A stretch of 64,000 nt of DNA. Source: Alphaproteobacteria bacterium. Lineage in GTDB: Bacteria; Pseudomonadota; Alphaproteobacteria; JBKEAR01. The stretch lies in the NCBI GenBank assembly GCA_047972425.1, contig JBKEAR010000019.1:1298-65297 (forward strand), read 5' to 3'. Under the pieces are notes generated by a model. That model did not search any database and was not told where the DNA came from. It worked only from the letters and a program-made list of their open reading frames with translations. This document shows, in pieces, positions 1 to 10,651 of the stretch; positions within the stretch are counted from its first letter, which is position 1; each line of letters starts with the position of its first letter. The position numbers and the translations under genes were made by a program.

Positions 1-1193
1 AACCAGCCTTGTTTTTCCCAACCATTATGCGATGCCGTTATCGCTTGGCGGTCGCCATCCATGCGTAAATTGGGATTACCCGATTTAATATTTCTCATAA
101 CCGCATCACCTTGCCCAACCGAGAGCGTTGAATGCGCCCGTGTGGATTTTAATGTGGTGCGCCGGGTGGCGGATCCGGGTAAGTTAATATCATATTCGGC
201 ACCTGCATTCACCACAATGCGTTGGCCATGGCTCGAAAGCTCAAAGGCTAGGGGTGATGCATAAATATGTTCTTCCGAAAGGGGAGAGGCTTTTTTTGCT
301 AAATCCATAATAGCCGTTGTTTTATCGGCTTTTAACGAGACATATCCACTATCGGGGAAGATAAAATCGGCATTATTATTGGTGCGCGAGCGTGCGAGGA
401 GAGTATCAATATAAATCCGATTATTCTCTAAACTATCATTAAATAGTGCCAAACCGCCGTCTTCATGGCGCATTGAGCGAATAAATGAGGAAAGGCGCAC
501 AATGGCGGCCTCTAACTCGATAGGCACTTGCATGCGATTATAAGCCAAATTATGGGCAAGATCGACTAAATCAGAGAGGATATTTAAGCTCACTTGGGGT
601 GAGCGTGAAATATGCCCGCCATCATCTAATATTTGCCTGTCAAGCTCGTAAAGCAACATAGATGTTGCGGGCGGAATACGGTTTTGCCAATCTTGTAAAT
701 GCAAACCCGACCATAAAATACCACAAATACAGGTAATCCGATCTTCGGGGCGTTTAACCGTATGAATACGGCGCTCTAAATGGGTGGCTTGGGTACATAA
801 ATCAAAGCGAATACGTAACCGAAAGGGTGCATCGGCATGGTCGTGAATAAAGCTCCAAGAGCTAAAAATATTGATAATCCGCCGTGCTAAAATATGGGGC
901 TGCCACGATTGTTTATCGTAAGTGCGGTAGTGGTTAAACCATTCATCGACATATTGGCGGGCAATTCTGCCGGCTTGGGCTGTATTAACTGCCTGTAAAT
1001 CCCGCAGCCAAGTAAAATCATGCACACCATCTAACCAAGGCTGGGGCGCAAGATCAATTTTTTTAAGCTCGCGCATCGAGCGAAACGGGCGCACATAGCC
1101 CCCACAAATCATTTCGCCAAAAATTAACGCATGGCCATATTCGGCCGCACCATTAATACTCTCGGAAGGAAAACCCATAATGCGGTCAGGCAT
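1..1193 (-). CDS. heparinase II/III-family protein (polysaccharide-lyase-like), 3' end outside window
   Basis: Manual reverse-strand translation from ATG (revcomp of cat at 1191-1193) is open to position 1 with no stop (MPDRIMGFPSES...HNGWEKQGW). Absent from the ORF track because the stop lies outside the window. Family assignment from recall of conserved alphaproteobacterial heparinase II/III-like proteins; moderate. Confidence 0.5.
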   Translation of the reverse strand, partial: MPDRIMGFPSESINGAAEYGHALIFGEMICGGYVRPFRSMRELKKIDLAPQPWLDGVHDFTWLRDLQAVNTAQAGRIARQYVDEWFNHYRTYDKQSWQPHILARRIINIFSSWSFIHDHADAPFRLRIRFDLCTQATHLERRIHTVKRPEDRITCICGILWSGLHLQDWQNRIPPATSMLLYELDRQILDDGGHISRSPQVSLNILSDLVDLAHNLAYNRMQVPIELEAAIVRLSSFIRSMRHEDGGLALFNDSLENNRIYIDTLLARSRTNNNADFIFPDSGYVSLKADKTTAIMDLAKKASPLSEEHIYASPLAFELSSHGQRIVVNAGAEYDINLPGSATRRTTLKSTRAHSTLSVGQGDAVMRNIKSGNPNLRMDGDRQAITASHNGWEKQGW

Positions 1194-1466
1194 ACGCCGA
1201 ACTTTTAAGCTGCTATTATATAAAGAAGAATTTAAAAATCCCGGCCAAACAGAAGGCAAAAAGCTCCCTAAAAAAGGTTTACGGAAATTGGCGGGCATTT
1301 GGCGCAATTGCGGCAAAGTTGTTCTTTGTTTTATTTGTTTTTTCTTCTTTTTTTGCATCATCAATTATTGGCTCTCAAATATTATGTGCTATCTTACAGA
1401 TACCATTATCATAGAGTTTATTTTTTCATAAATATATTTTTAAAAGATTAATTTTTTAAAAACTTT

Positions 1467-1838
1467 TTATCGGCAAGTAAAGCTTAATCGCTGCATTTTA
1501 ACGTTATAATAACGGTAATAAGATATATAACGATCGCGATAAGTATAAGGTATATGGTGAATATGGCCTTTTTTATCCCTTATTGTCCGATAGCGTGTGT
1601 AATATCGGGTGCGATAAACAGGCTCAGACATTTTTTTGATGAAATTATAGCGATTATGCGCCGTATAGCTGCCGTTACATTTATGGGCTGCCCGTTTTTT
1701 GCATCGGCTATAATCATTTAAACCGCATTCGGCAACAAAAACCTTTTTCCCTGCTTTAGTCGAATTTGTATTATATACACCGGGGGTACAGGCTGATATA
1801 ATGAAAATAGCTGCCCCCAATATCCATAAATTTTTCAT
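1467..1838 (-). CDS. small basic lipoprotein, Cys-containing with Tyr/Arg-rich C-terminal tail
   Basis: Internal Met MKNLWILGAAIFIISAC with lipobox (ISAC) preceded by GGAGGG SD; the track ORF 1467..1916 is extended upstream. Tail is YRTRYYTRYRT...YISYYRYY. Confidence 0.5.
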   Translation of the reverse strand: MKNLWILGAAIFIISACTPGVYNTNSTKAGKKVFVAECGLNDYSRCKKRAAHKCNGSYTAHNRYNFIKKMSEPVYRTRYYTRYRTIRDKKGHIHHIPYTYRDRYISYYRYYNVKMQRLSFTCR

Positions 1839-1896
1839 GTTTAAGCCCTCCAATCTTTTTTTATTATACGCGATAAATAGAATAAAGTAAAAATTC

Positions 1897-1925
1897 TTGA
1901 CTTTTCCCATAGCCAAGGTTATATA
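1897..1925 (+). promoter_or_regulatory. sigma70-type promoter TTGACT-17-TATATA upstream of rimP-nusA-infB operon
   Basis: ttgact at 1897-1902, 17-nt spacer, tatata at 1920-1925. Confidence 0.5.
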
Positions 1926-1967
1926 AATGCTTAATTAAAATTCTCCGCTAAAATATTTTAGTAAGGG

Positions 1968-1995
1968 GGTGAGCTAAAAAGCTCACCTTTTTTTG
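1968..1995 (+). terminator. intrinsic terminator-like hairpin plus U-run inside the rimP leader (attenuator or end of a short leader RNA)
   Basis: ggtgagc-taaaaa-gctcacc perfect 7-bp stem followed by tttttttg; lies between the promoter and the rimP start at 2067. Confidence 0.5.
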
Positions 1996-2066
1996 TTTTT
2001 AGTGGGTTTTTGTTTTTAGTGGGTTTTTATAATTAAACGGTTTTATACTTAATTAGGGTAAAATAT

Positions 2067-2552
2067 ATGATAGAGCAACAAATACAGGCACTCATAGAGC
2101 CTGCCCTTAACGAATCTGGCATAGAAGTTGTGCGGGTAATGATTATGGGCGACCGCAATAAGGTTTTGCAAATCATGCTGGATAAAGCCGATGAAAGCCC
2201 GATTACTATTGATGAATGTGCCGATGCTTCTAAAGTAATATCGGCCCTATTAGATGTAGAAGACCCCATAGATGGTCATTATACCTTAGAGGTCTCATCG
2301 CCGGGTATCGACCGCCCTTTAACCCGATTAAAAGATTTTGAACGCTTTGCAGGAAACAAAATAAAAATAGAATTAAAAACAAAAATTGATGATCGCCGGC
2401 GTTTTCAGGGTGACTTAAAAGATGTGCAAGATAACCTTATTTTAATTGAAGTCGAAAATGAAATACTAACAATCGCTTTTGAGGATATTTTAAAATCAAA
2501 ACTCGTATTAACCGATGCGTTATTACAAGCCGTAAATGAAGGAAAAAATTAA
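2067..2552 (+). CDS. rimP: ribosome maturation factor RimP
   Basis: 161 aa, SSPGIDRPL motif, directly upstream of and 1-nt overlapping nusA. Confidence 0.9.
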   Translation: MIEQQIQALIEPALNESGIEVVRVMIMGDRNKVLQIMLDKADESPITIDECADASKVISALLDVEDPIDGHYTLEVSSPGIDRPLTRLKDFERFAGNKIKIELKTKIDDRRRFQGDLKDVQDNLILIEVENEILTIAFEDILKSKLVLTDALLQAVNEGKN

Positions 2553-4060
2553 TGAGTGTAACCGATGCTTTAAATGCAAGACCCGAATTTTTACAAGTTG
2601 CGGATGCATTAGCCAGAGATAAAAATATCGATATTGATATTGTGCTAGAAGCCATGGAAGAAGCTATTCAGAAATCGGCCAAAGATAAATATGGTGCCGA
2701 ATATGATATTCGTGTATCCATTGACCGTAAAAATGGTGCGGTTTCATTGGCGCGCTATGTTGAGATTGTGGAAGAAGTCGAGAATGAATCGACCCAAATG
2801 ACCGCTGATGAAGCCAAAGCCTACAAGGCCGATGCACAAATTGGTGACTTTATTATCGACCCGTTACCCCCCATTGATTTTGGCCGTGTGGCCGCACAAA
2901 AAGCCCGCCAAGTGATTGTGCAAAAGGTAAAACAAGCCGAGCGCGAGCAACAATATGAGGAATATAAAGATCGGGTGGGCGAGATTATTAACGGTACGGT
3001 TAAACGCACCGAGTTCGGCAATGTGGTGGTCGATTTAGGCCGTGCCGAGGCTATTTTACGCCGCGATGAAACAATCCCCAGAGAGCATTTACGTAATGGT
3101 GACCGTATTCGGGCAATGTTACTTGAGGTTAAACCCGATATGCGTGGGCATCAGTTATTTTTATCGCGTACGCACCCCGATTTTATGAAAGCATTATTTA
3201 CCCAAGAAGTGCCCGAGATTTATGAAGGCCAAATCGAAATTCGCTCCGTTGCACGCGACCCCGGCTCTCGTGCCAAAATGGCTGTTTATACGGCCGATAG
3301 CAGCATGGACCCTGTGGGGGCATGTGTGGGCTTACGTGGTAGCCGTGTGCAGGCTGTGGTATCGGAGCTTCAGGGTGAAAAAGTGGATATTATTCGCTGG
3401 ACAGAAGATATTCCCCGTTATGTTATTGCCGCCTTGGCACCGGCCGATATTAGCAAAGTGGTGATTGATGAAGAAAAAGACAAAATCGAAGTTATCGTTG
3501 CTGAAGATCAGTTGTCGCTTGCCATTGGTCGCCGTGGGCAAAATGTGCGTTTAGCCTCGCAACTTACCGGTTTTAATTTAGATATTATGACCGAAGAGCA
3601 AGAAAAAGAACGCCGCCAAGCCGAGTTTGAAGCTTTGGGTCAGCGCTTTATGATGGCCTTAGATGTGGATGAAACCATTGCGCATCTGTTGATTTCTGAA
3701 GGCTTTAGCCGTGTGGAAGAAGTTGCCTATGTGGCCTTAGAAGAAATTGAAGCCATAGAAGGTTTTAACGAAGATATTGCAAGTGAATTACAAAATCGTG
3801 CCCGTGTGTTTGTTGAAAACCGAGATGAAGAAGCATTATCGGAAGCTAAAGCGGGCGGCCTAGCCGACGATTTAGCCGAGTTTGAAGGTTTAAGCCCACG
3901 GATATTAAAACTCTTAGTGGCAAATGAAATTAAAACTCTAGATGATTTTGCCGATTTAGCGGGCGATGAGCTATTAGAGCTTGTACCGCAAGGTACATTT
4001 ACCCCCGATGAAGCCAATGCGCTGATTATGAAAGCGCGTGAACATTGGTTTGAGGAATAA
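2552..4060 (+). CDS. nusA: transcription termination/antitermination factor NusA
   Basis: 502 aa; S1/KH region (VVDLGRAEAILRRDE, GRRGQNVRLASQLTG) and C-terminal acidic repeats. Confidence 0.95.
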   Translation: MSVTDALNARPEFLQVADALARDKNIDIDIVLEAMEEAIQKSAKDKYGAEYDIRVSIDRKNGAVSLARYVEIVEEVENESTQMTADEAKAYKADAQIGDFIIDPLPPIDFGRVAAQKARQVIVQKVKQAEREQQYEEYKDRVGEIINGTVKRTEFGNVVVDLGRAEAILRRDETIPREHLRNGDRIRAMLLEVKPDMRGHQLFLSRTHPDFMKALFTQEVPEIYEGQIEIRSVARDPGSRAKMAVYTADSSMDPVGACVGLRGSRVQAVVSELQGEKVDIIRWTEDIPRYVIAALAPADISKVVIDEEKDKIEVIVAEDQLSLAIGRRGQNVRLASQLTGFNLDIMTEEQEKERRQAEFEALGQRFMMALDVDETIAHLLISEGFSRVEEVAYVALEEIEAIEGFNEDIASELQNRARVFVENRDEEALSEAKAGGLADDLAEFEGLSPRILKLLVANEIKTLDDFADLAGDELLELVPQGTFTPDEANALIMKAREHWFEE

Positions 4061-4085
4061 AGAAAGGAGCCTTTAAGGTCTGATT

Positions 4086-4658
4086 ATGAATAGTAAGCCA
4101 GTTGAGCGAACATGTATTGTTACACGTAATAATGTATCACCAAAAGAGGCGATTCGTTTGGTCGTTTCGCCCAATGGCCAGCTATTATTTGACCTTAAGG
4201 GCAATTTGCCCGCCCGAGGATATTGGGTAACGGCAACAAGAGAGAATTTTGATGCCTTACTTAGTAACCCCAAAAGGCTTAAACAGATTAAAAATGTTAA
4301 AGAAGTTGCCGATGATTTTATAGAGAATCTCATTGCTGCTTTGCAAAGCCAAATATTAAACCAATTGGGTTTGGCACGGCGTGCCGGGCAATTAATTTTT
4401 GGTTTCGAAAAGGTCAAAATATGGTTAAAAGATAATAAACCTGCATTGGCTTTAATGGCAACAAACGGCTCTGAGAGCGAGATAGAACGTTTAGGGCTTA
4501 GCCGGTACGATGCACCGGTTTATCGGGTTTTAACTAAAGAACAGCAAGGGGCAGCACTGGGGCGAGAACATGTGGTGCATATTGTTTTAAAAAATGGTAA
4601 ACTCGCCCAAAATTTGAGTAAAGATTGCCAATTTTTGGCAGGATTTTTGGCAAAATAA
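4086..4658 (+). CDS. YlxR (DUF448) RNA-binding domain fused to L7Ae-like domain
   Basis: N-terminal ERTCIVTR...GRGYWV (YlxR-like); C-terminal LARRAGQLIFGFEKV (L7Ae/YlxQ-like); conserved position between nusA and infB. Confidence 0.8.
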   Translation: MNSKPVERTCIVTRNNVSPKEAIRLVVSPNGQLLFDLKGNLPARGYWVTATRENFDALLSNPKRLKQIKNVKEVADDFIENLIAALQSQILNQLGLARRAGQLIFGFEKVKIWLKDNKPALALMATNGSESEIERLGLSRYDAPVYRVLTKEQQGAALGREHVVHIVLKNGKLAQNLSKDCQFLAGFLAK

Positions 4659-4680
4659 ATAGATATAGGTTGATTATCTT

Positions 4681-7206
4681 ATGGCTGAAGAAAAGAAAAA
4701 AGAAACATTAACTTTAGGCACACTTTCGTTAGGCTCCAGTGGGGATTCAGGCAAAAGAAAAGGTGTTGCTGTAGAAGTTAAGAAAAAACGGACCTTTAAA
4801 AAAGGTGCCGATGGACAGCTGCACTCAGAAGGTGATGCACCAAAAACACAAGTTATTGATGCCGAAGAACCCATGAGCGCCGAGGCCGAAAGCAAACTAA
4901 CAACGGCCGAAAGAGAGCGCCGTGCAAAAGTATTAGAGGCAGCGCAGATAGAAGAAGAAAAACGCAAAGCCGAAGAAAAAAAACGTAAGGCAGCAGAAGC
5001 TAAGCGCAAAAAAGAAGCCGAGGCGGTAGCAGAAAAAGAGCGCCAAGCACAGCTAGAGGCGGAAAAAGCCGAGGCCGAAAAATCGGACGAAGAACGCCAA
5101 AAAGAAAAAGAAGCTCAAGAAAAAGAAGCCGCCCGTAAACGTTTAGAAGAAGAACGCGAGGCCGCCGAGCGCGCCCGTAAAGAAATGCAAGAGGCACGGC
5201 TTAAAGCCGAGGCTGTTGCGGCAAAAACCGAGGCCGGCCATGTGCGCCGCGATGATCGGGGTAAGGCGAAAAAGAAAAATCGCCGTGAGGATACAGAGGA
5301 TACCAGCCGTGCTAACCGGGGCGATAAAAAAACACGGGGTGGTTTTGACGAAGGCGAGCGTTCACGCTCGTTAGCCGCAATGCGCCGTGCCCGTGAAAAA
5401 CAAAAGAAAAAATTCTCTGATCAACCCAAAGAGAAACAAAAATTATATCGCGAGGTAACTATACCCGAAACTTTAACCGTGGGCGATTTAGCTAATCGGA
5501 TGAGCGAACGGGCGGCCGATGTGATTAAAGAGCTGATGAAACTTGGGATTATGGCAACGATTAACCAAACCATTGATGCCGATACAGCCGAGCTTGTGGC
5601 TGAAGAAATGGGACATAAAGTGGTACGCGTTTCGGAATCGGATGTTGAAGAAGCCTTGATTATAGAAGATGAAAGCGATGATGAAAACTTAGAGCCACGG
5701 GCACCGATTGTTACAATTATGGGCCATGTGGATCATGGGAAAACATCGCTGCTCGATGCTTTACGCTCCGCCAATGTGGCCGATAAAGAAGCGGGCGGGA
5801 TTACCCAGCATATTGGTGCGTATCAGGTATCGACCGATGATGGTAAAAAAATTACCTTTATTGATACACCCGGCCACGCTGCCTTTACCGAAATGCGTGC
5901 GCGTGGTGCCAAAATTACCGATATTGTGGTACTGATTGTTGCGGCAAATGATAGTGTGATGCCCCAAACGATTGAGGCAATTAACCATGCCCAAGCGGCA
6001 GGTGTGCCGATTATTGTGGCGATTAACAAAATTGATTTACCGGCGGCCAATCCGCAAAAAGTAAAAACCGATTTGCTCCAACATAATGTGGCCTTAGAGG
6101 ATTTTGGCGGTGATGTATTATCGGTAGAGATTTCTGCCAAAGCCCGTATTGGTTTAGAGGAACTTTTAGATACAATTATGTTGCAATCGGAAGTTTTAGA
6201 CCTTAAGGCCAATCCAAACCGCCCGGGTCGGGGTGCAATTGTGGAATCGCGTATGGAAAAAGGCCGTGGTTCGGTGGCAACAGCACTTATCCAGTCCGGT
6301 ACATTAAATGTGGGCGATATCTTTGTTGCCGGTGCCGAATGGGGGCGGGTGCGTGCTTTGTTAGATGACCATGGCGATCAGGTGAAATCGGCAGGGCCGG
6401 CGGTTCCGGTAGAGGTACTCGGTTTACAAGGTACACCGGCGGCGGGTGATGAGATTATTGTGGTGGCCGATGAAGCCAAAGCCCGCGAGATTTCCGAATA
6501 TCGCCAACGCAAAGAGCGCGAAGCCAAAGCGGCCGCTGCGGCAAAATCGGGGCTAGAAGCCTTAATGGAACATATGGCGCAAAATGAAGATATGGTAACA
6601 TTACCTGTTGTCATTAAAGCCGATGTTCATGGCTCGGTAGAAGCCATTGTGGGCGCGTTAGAGAAATTACAAACCGAAGATGCTCGGGTGCAAGTGCTCC
6701 ATTCGGGCGTGGGTGCAATTTCTGAAGCCGATATTACATTAGCCAATGCGTCAAGTGCTTTAATTATTGGCTTTAATGTCCGCGCCAACCCGCAAGCGCG
6801 CGAGACCGCCAAACGCGATAATGTGGATATTCGTTATTACTCGATTATTTACGAAGTGATTGATGATATGAAGCGTATATTATCGGGTATGTTGTCACCA
6901 GAAATTAAAGAGCATTTTATTGGTTATGCCCGTATTGACGAAGTGTTTAATATTACTAAAGTGGGTAAAGTTGCCGGCTGTATGGTAACCGAAGGCATTG
7001 TAAAACGTGGTGCCAAAGTGCGCTTGCTACGCGATAACGTGGTTATTCACGAAGGTGAACTGAGCCAACTGAAACGCTTTAAAGATGATGCCAAAGAAGT
7101 TCGCGAAGGCATGGAATGCGGTATGAGTTTTGCCAATTACGATGACCTTAAAGTGGGTGATATGATTGAATGCTTTGAGATTGAAGAAATTGCCAGAGAG
7201 ATATAA
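4681..7206 (+). CDS. infB: translation initiation factor IF-2
   Basis: 841 aa; GTPase motifs [21 protein letters not shown]; long K/E/A-rich N-terminus. Confidence 0.95.
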   Translation: MAEEKKKETLTLGTLSLGSSGDSGKRKGVAVEVKKKRTFKKGADGQLHSEGDAPKTQVIDAEEPMSAEAESKLTTAERERRAKVLEAAQIEEEKRKAEEKKRKAAEAKRKKEAEAVAEKERQAQLEAEKAEAEKSDEERQKEKEAQEKEAARKRLEEEREAAERARKEMQEARLKAEAVAAKTEAGHVRRDDRGKAKKKNRREDTEDTSRANRGDKKTRGGFDEGERSRSLAAMRRAREKQKKKFSDQPKEKQKLYREVTIPETLTVGDLANRMSERAADVIKELMKLGIMATINQTIDADTAELVAEEMGHKVVRVSESDVEEALIIEDESDDENLEPRAPIVTIMGHVDHGKTSLLDALRSANVADKEAGGITQHIGAYQVSTDDGKKITFIDTPGHAAFTEMRARGAKITDIVVLIVAANDSVMPQTIEAINHAQAAGVPIIVAINKIDLPAANPQKVKTDLLQHNVALEDFGGDVLSVEISAKARIGLEELLDTIMLQSEVLDLKANPNRPGRGAIVESRMEKGRGSVATALIQSGTLNVGDIFVAGAEWGRVRALLDDHGDQVKSAGPAVPVEVLGLQGTPAAGDEIIVVADEAKAREISEYRQRKEREAKAAAAAKSGLEALMEHMAQNEDMVTLPVVIKADVHGSVEAIVGALEKLQTEDARVQVLHSGVGAISEADITLANASSALIIGFNVRANPQARETAKRDNVDIRYYSIIYEVIDDMKRILSGMLSPEIKEHFIGYARIDEVFNITKVGKVAGCMVTEGIVKRGAKVRLLRDNVVIHEGELSQLKRFKDDAKEVREGMECGMSFANYDDLKVGDMIECFEIEEIAREI

Positions 7207-7607
7207 TGGCCGATTTCGTTAGACCAACCACAGGGCGTACAACCCGCCAATTAAAAGCGGCCGAGCTTGTTAAAGGCAAGCTCGCCGATATGTTTAGCCG
7301 TGGCGACTTCCGTAACCCGGCGCTTTACGGCAAAAGTTTTACGATATCCGATGTTTTAATAACCCCCGATATGCGGTTTGCCACCGTATATATTTGGCCG
7401 TTGGCTCAAAATTTTGATGAAGAAGCAATATTAGAAGCCCTTGAAAAAGAAGCCCCAAGGCTAAATAAAGCGGTTGCGCAAATTTTAACAAGCCGCTCTA
7501 CACCGCGGCTCACATTTAAATTAGAAACATTATTTGACGATGCCGAATATGTGGAGAATTTATTTAATCACCCAAAAGTACGCCAAGATATTGAAAAGCC
7601 CGATTAA
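7206..7607 (+). CDS. rbfA: ribosome-binding factor A
   Basis: 133 aa, start overlaps infB stop (TAATG), RbfA-like KH fold sequence. Confidence 0.9.
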   Translation: MADFVRPTTGRTTRQLKAAELVKGKLADMFSRGDFRNPALYGKSFTISDVLITPDMRFATVYIWPLAQNFDEEAILEALEKEAPRLNKAVAQILTSRSTPRLTFKLETLFDDAEYVENLFNHPKVRQDIEKPD

Positions 7608-7640
7608 AATATTGTTGGGTTTTGAGTTAAGGTAAGATGA

Positions 7641-8567
7641 ATGGCAAGAAAAAAGAAGGGTGATGCAATCCATGGTTGGGTGGTGATTGATAAACCCATT
7701 GGTATGGGTTCTACCCCCATTGTTGGGCGTATTAAACGCAAACTGAATGCACAAAAAGCCGGCCATGGTGGTACGTTAGACCCTTTTGCCTCAGGCTTAT
7801 TGGCCATTGCCTTGGGCGAGGCCACCAAAACCGTACCATGGGTTATGGACGGCCAAAAGGAATATATCTTTGATATCACATTTGGCGAGCAAAGAGATAG
7901 CGATGATATTGAAGGCAATGTGATTGCAACTTCTGATATAATTCCGACAACCGATGACATAAAAAAGGTGATTCCCGCATTTTTGGGTGAGATAGAGCAA
8001 ATTCCGCCCATTTATTCGGCACTTAAGGTGGAGGGCAAGCGGGCTTATGATTTAGCCCGTAAAGGTGAGGATGTTCAGTTGAAACCGCGCAAAGTATCCC
8101 TTTACGATTTAGAATTGCAAGATAGTCAAACCCAAGGGGTTATGCGCTTTAGAGCGGTGACATCTAAAGGATTTTATATCCGTGCGTTGGGGCGCGATTT
8201 AGCCAAAGCTTGTGGGGCTTTGGGTTATGTTTCTTATCTGCGGCGTGTGGCATCGGGAAAATTATCGATAAACCATGCGATTTCGCTAGATAAATTTGAA
8301 CAGTTAAGTTATGATGCTGCCCTTAAAGAGATTTTGCCACTTGAGACTGCACTCGACGACATCTTGGTGCTAGCCTTAACGGCAGATGAGGCTGAATGTG
8401 TAAAATATGGCCAATCGCTGAATGCAAATGAAATTTTTGCAAGATGTGGGATTGATAAAGCCAATGAAGGCGATATATTTTTGGTGAAAGACCAAAATAT
8501 CCCTTTAGCGCTGATGTTTTACAATGAAGGCCGACTGAAAACACAACGTAAATTTAATATTAAATAG
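7641..8567 (+). CDS. truB: tRNA pseudouridine(55) synthase TruB
   Basis: 308 aa; HGGTLDPFASGLL catalytic-Asp motif. Confidence 0.9.
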   Translation: MARKKKGDAIHGWVVIDKPIGMGSTPIVGRIKRKLNAQKAGHGGTLDPFASGLLAIALGEATKTVPWVMDGQKEYIFDITFGEQRDSDDIEGNVIATSDIIPTTDDIKKVIPAFLGEIEQIPPIYSALKVEGKRAYDLARKGEDVQLKPRKVSLYDLELQDSQTQGVMRFRAVTSKGFYIRALGRDLAKACGALGYVSYLRRVASGKLSINHAISLDKFEQLSYDAALKEILPLETALDDILVLALTADEAECVKYGQSLNANEIFARCGIDKANEGDIFLVKDQNIPLALMFYNEGRLKTQRKFNIK

Positions 8568-8576
8568 GAGTATATG

Positions 8577-8846
8577 ATGTCGATTACAACAGAGCGTAAA
8601 GCTGAGCTAGTTAAAGAATATGGTAGTAACGAGGGCGATACAGGTTCACCTGAAGTTCAAGTGGCTATTTTATCTCACCGGATTAAAAGCTTAACCGAGC
8701 ATTTGAAAATCCATAAAAAAGATTTCCACTCGCGTCGGGGTCTTTTATTAATGGTTGGTCAACGCCGCCGTTTGCTTGATTATATTAAAGCGAAAGACGA
8801 AGGCCGTTATCAAGACCTTATTAAACGCTTAGAGCTTCGCCGTTAA
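8577..8846 (+). CDS. rpsO: 30S ribosomal protein S15
   Basis: 89 aa from the second ATG (SD aggag 6 nt upstream); [15 protein letters not shown]... Confidence 0.9.
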   Translation: MSITTERKAELVKEYGSNEGDTGSPEVQVAILSHRIKSLTEHLKIHKKDFHSRRGLLLMVGQRRRLLDYIKAKDEGRYQDLIKRLELRR

Positions 8847-8854
8847 TAAAAAAA

Positions 8855-8882
8855 CCCTCAAGAATTTCTTGAGGGTTTTTTC
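8855..8882 (+). terminator. rho-independent terminator after rpsO
   Basis: ccctcaag-aattt-cttgaggg followed by tttttt. Confidence 0.7.
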
Positions 8883-8889
8883 TTACCTT

Positions 8890-9219
8890 TATTCAATTAC
8901 AACCTAACCAATGAATTTTGGTTATAATATATTATCATTTTATATCTATAAATCTTTTTTGTAAGGGGCTGTGTCCCTTAGAACCCCCCACATTTGACTG
9001 TGCAAATGAAAGCTGCTTCGCATCTTTATAGTGTAACCAATTTTAATTGGTTACACTATAGTCTATACATAATAAAATGATTATATAAACATCAGTAGTA
9101 ATTTGATGCTAAGGGGTTTGCAACCCCTTAATAATCCCCGCACACAGCTACGCTGTGGGCAACCTCAAAGCATTAGGTAATACTAAAATTTATTATCATT
9201 TTAAGTAGTATTACCTATA
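8890..9219. repeat. composite hairpin-rich dispersed repeat (sub-elements X, palindrome P, E2, E3), copy 1
   Basis: About 85-100% identical to 38281-38640 (X segment inverted relative to that copy), and the E3 part to 23385-23469. Contains palindromes tagtgtaaccaattttaattggttacacta, aaggggctgtgtccctt, and the long hairpin taggtaatact...agtattaccta whose TAG is the uxaC stop codon. Confidence 0.7.
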
Positions 9220-10633
9220 TATTTATCCGATACGCCTTTTTTGCTAAATCGTTGGTTAGTTGTTTAGCCAAAATATGGGCTTGCTCGATACCTAAGCGTT
9301 TTTCGGCCACTAAGGTGGCTAAAAAGCGGGCATCAATGCGCCTTGCAACATCGTGGCGCGCCGGTATCGATAAAAATGCCCGAGTATCGTCATTAAAGCC
9401 GGCCGTATTATAAAAACCCGCTGTTTCTGTAACATATTGGCGATAGCGCAACATACCCTCGGGGCTATCAAAAAACCACCAAGCCGGGCCTAATGTTAAG
9501 GCAGGGTAATGGCCGGCCAAAGGTGCAAGCTCGCGGGAATAATTGTCTTCATCTAAAGTAAACATAATTAAGCGAAAACGTGGGTCGTTACCAAATTTAT
9601 TGAGTATGGGCTTAAGGGCATGGGTGAACTCGCAATTCATAGGGATATCAGCCCCTTTATCGGCACCAAAATTATTAAAGATAGCATCGTTATGGTTGCG
9701 ATATGCCCCGGGGTGGAGCTGCATGACAAGCCCGTCATCAAGGCTCATTTCGGCCATTTTCATCAGCATGTGGCCGCGAAAGACCTCGCAATCTTTGGCG
9801 GTAACATTATCGTTATTGATAATTCGATTATATAAAGCTTCGGCCTCGGCAGGGGTTAAATCGATGGTAAATGCCGATGGAAAACCATGGTCCGATGCGG
9901 TGGCATTGCCAACCTCTTTAAAATAAGCGCGGCGATTTTGAAGGGCTTTAATATAACCCTTATAAGATAATGTATCCTCGCCAGTAATCTCCCCTAATTT
10001 TTGAATATGGGTTAAAAAGTTCGGAAATTCCGGATTGGTTACATTATCGGGGCGGAAGGTCGTGACAATTTTTGTTTTTAAATTGAGCGTATTAATCTTC
10101 TGATGCGCTTTTAAAGGGTCAAGCGGGTCTTCAGTTGTGGCAATAAACTTAATATTAAAACGGTCAAGCAGATGATGGATTTTATATTCATCGGTTTTCA
10201 GCGCAGCATCAATTTTATCGTAATATGCACTTGCATTATTGCCTGAAAGGCGTTGGTCAAAACCAAAAACTTCCGAAAATACGGTATCCAACCACATTTG
10301 CGAAGGTGTGCCCGCATAAAGATAATAATTATTGGCAAAAATATCCCATATTTTCCGGTTATCATGCTCTTTGGCGCTGCCATCGGCAAAGGGCACACCC
10401 AACTCTTCTAAAGTAATGCCTTGCGAGTACATCATGCGGTGCACATAATGGTCGGGCTTTATAAATAAAGATGCCGGGTCTGGAAAGTTGATATTATCGG
10501 CATACCATGTAGGGTCCGTATGGCCATGGGGGCTGATAATTGGTAAATCTTTAATTTCATTATAAATTTCTTTGGCTATGGATTTTTGTTCCTTATCCGA
10601 AGAAAAAAGACGATCCTCATGTAAATAACTCAT
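9215..10633 (-). CDS. uxaC: glucuronate isomerase (uronate isomerase)
   Basis: 472 aa; N-terminus ISPHGHTDP and overall similarity to UxaC. Confidence 0.9.
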   Translation of the reverse strand: MSYLHEDRLFSSDKEQKSIAKEIYNEIKDLPIISPHGHTDPTWYADNINFPDPASLFIKPDHYVHRMMYSQGITLEELGVPFADGSAKEHDNRKIWDIFANNYYLYAGTPSQMWLDTVFSEVFGFDQRLSGNNASAYYDKIDAALKTDEYKIHHLLDRFNIKFIATTEDPLDPLKAHQKINTLNLKTKIVTTFRPDNVTNPEFPNFLTHIQKLGEITGEDTLSYKGYIKALQNRRAYFKEVGNATASDHGFPSAFTIDLTPAEAEALYNRIINNDNVTAKDCEVFRGHMLMKMAEMSLDDGLVMQLHPGAYRNHNDAIFNNFGADKGADIPMNCEFTHALKPILNKFGNDPRFRLIMFTLDEDNYSRELAPLAGHYPALTLGPAWWFFDSPEGMLRYRQYVTETAGFYNTAGFNDDTRAFLSIPARHDVARRIDARFLATLVAEKRLGIEQAHILAKQLTNDLAKKAYRINI

Positions 10634-10651
10634 TGTTTCCTCCTTTATTTT

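Noticed and set aside
1180-1431. 83-aa ORF with FFFFFC stretch
   Set aside because: Overlaps the heparinase-like start region and the AT-rich promoter DNA; the translation is a poly-T artefact.
4681-5400. Highly repetitive K/E/A-rich coding stretch
   Set aside because: This is the normal low-complexity N-terminal region of alphaproteobacterial IF2, not a separate repeat element.
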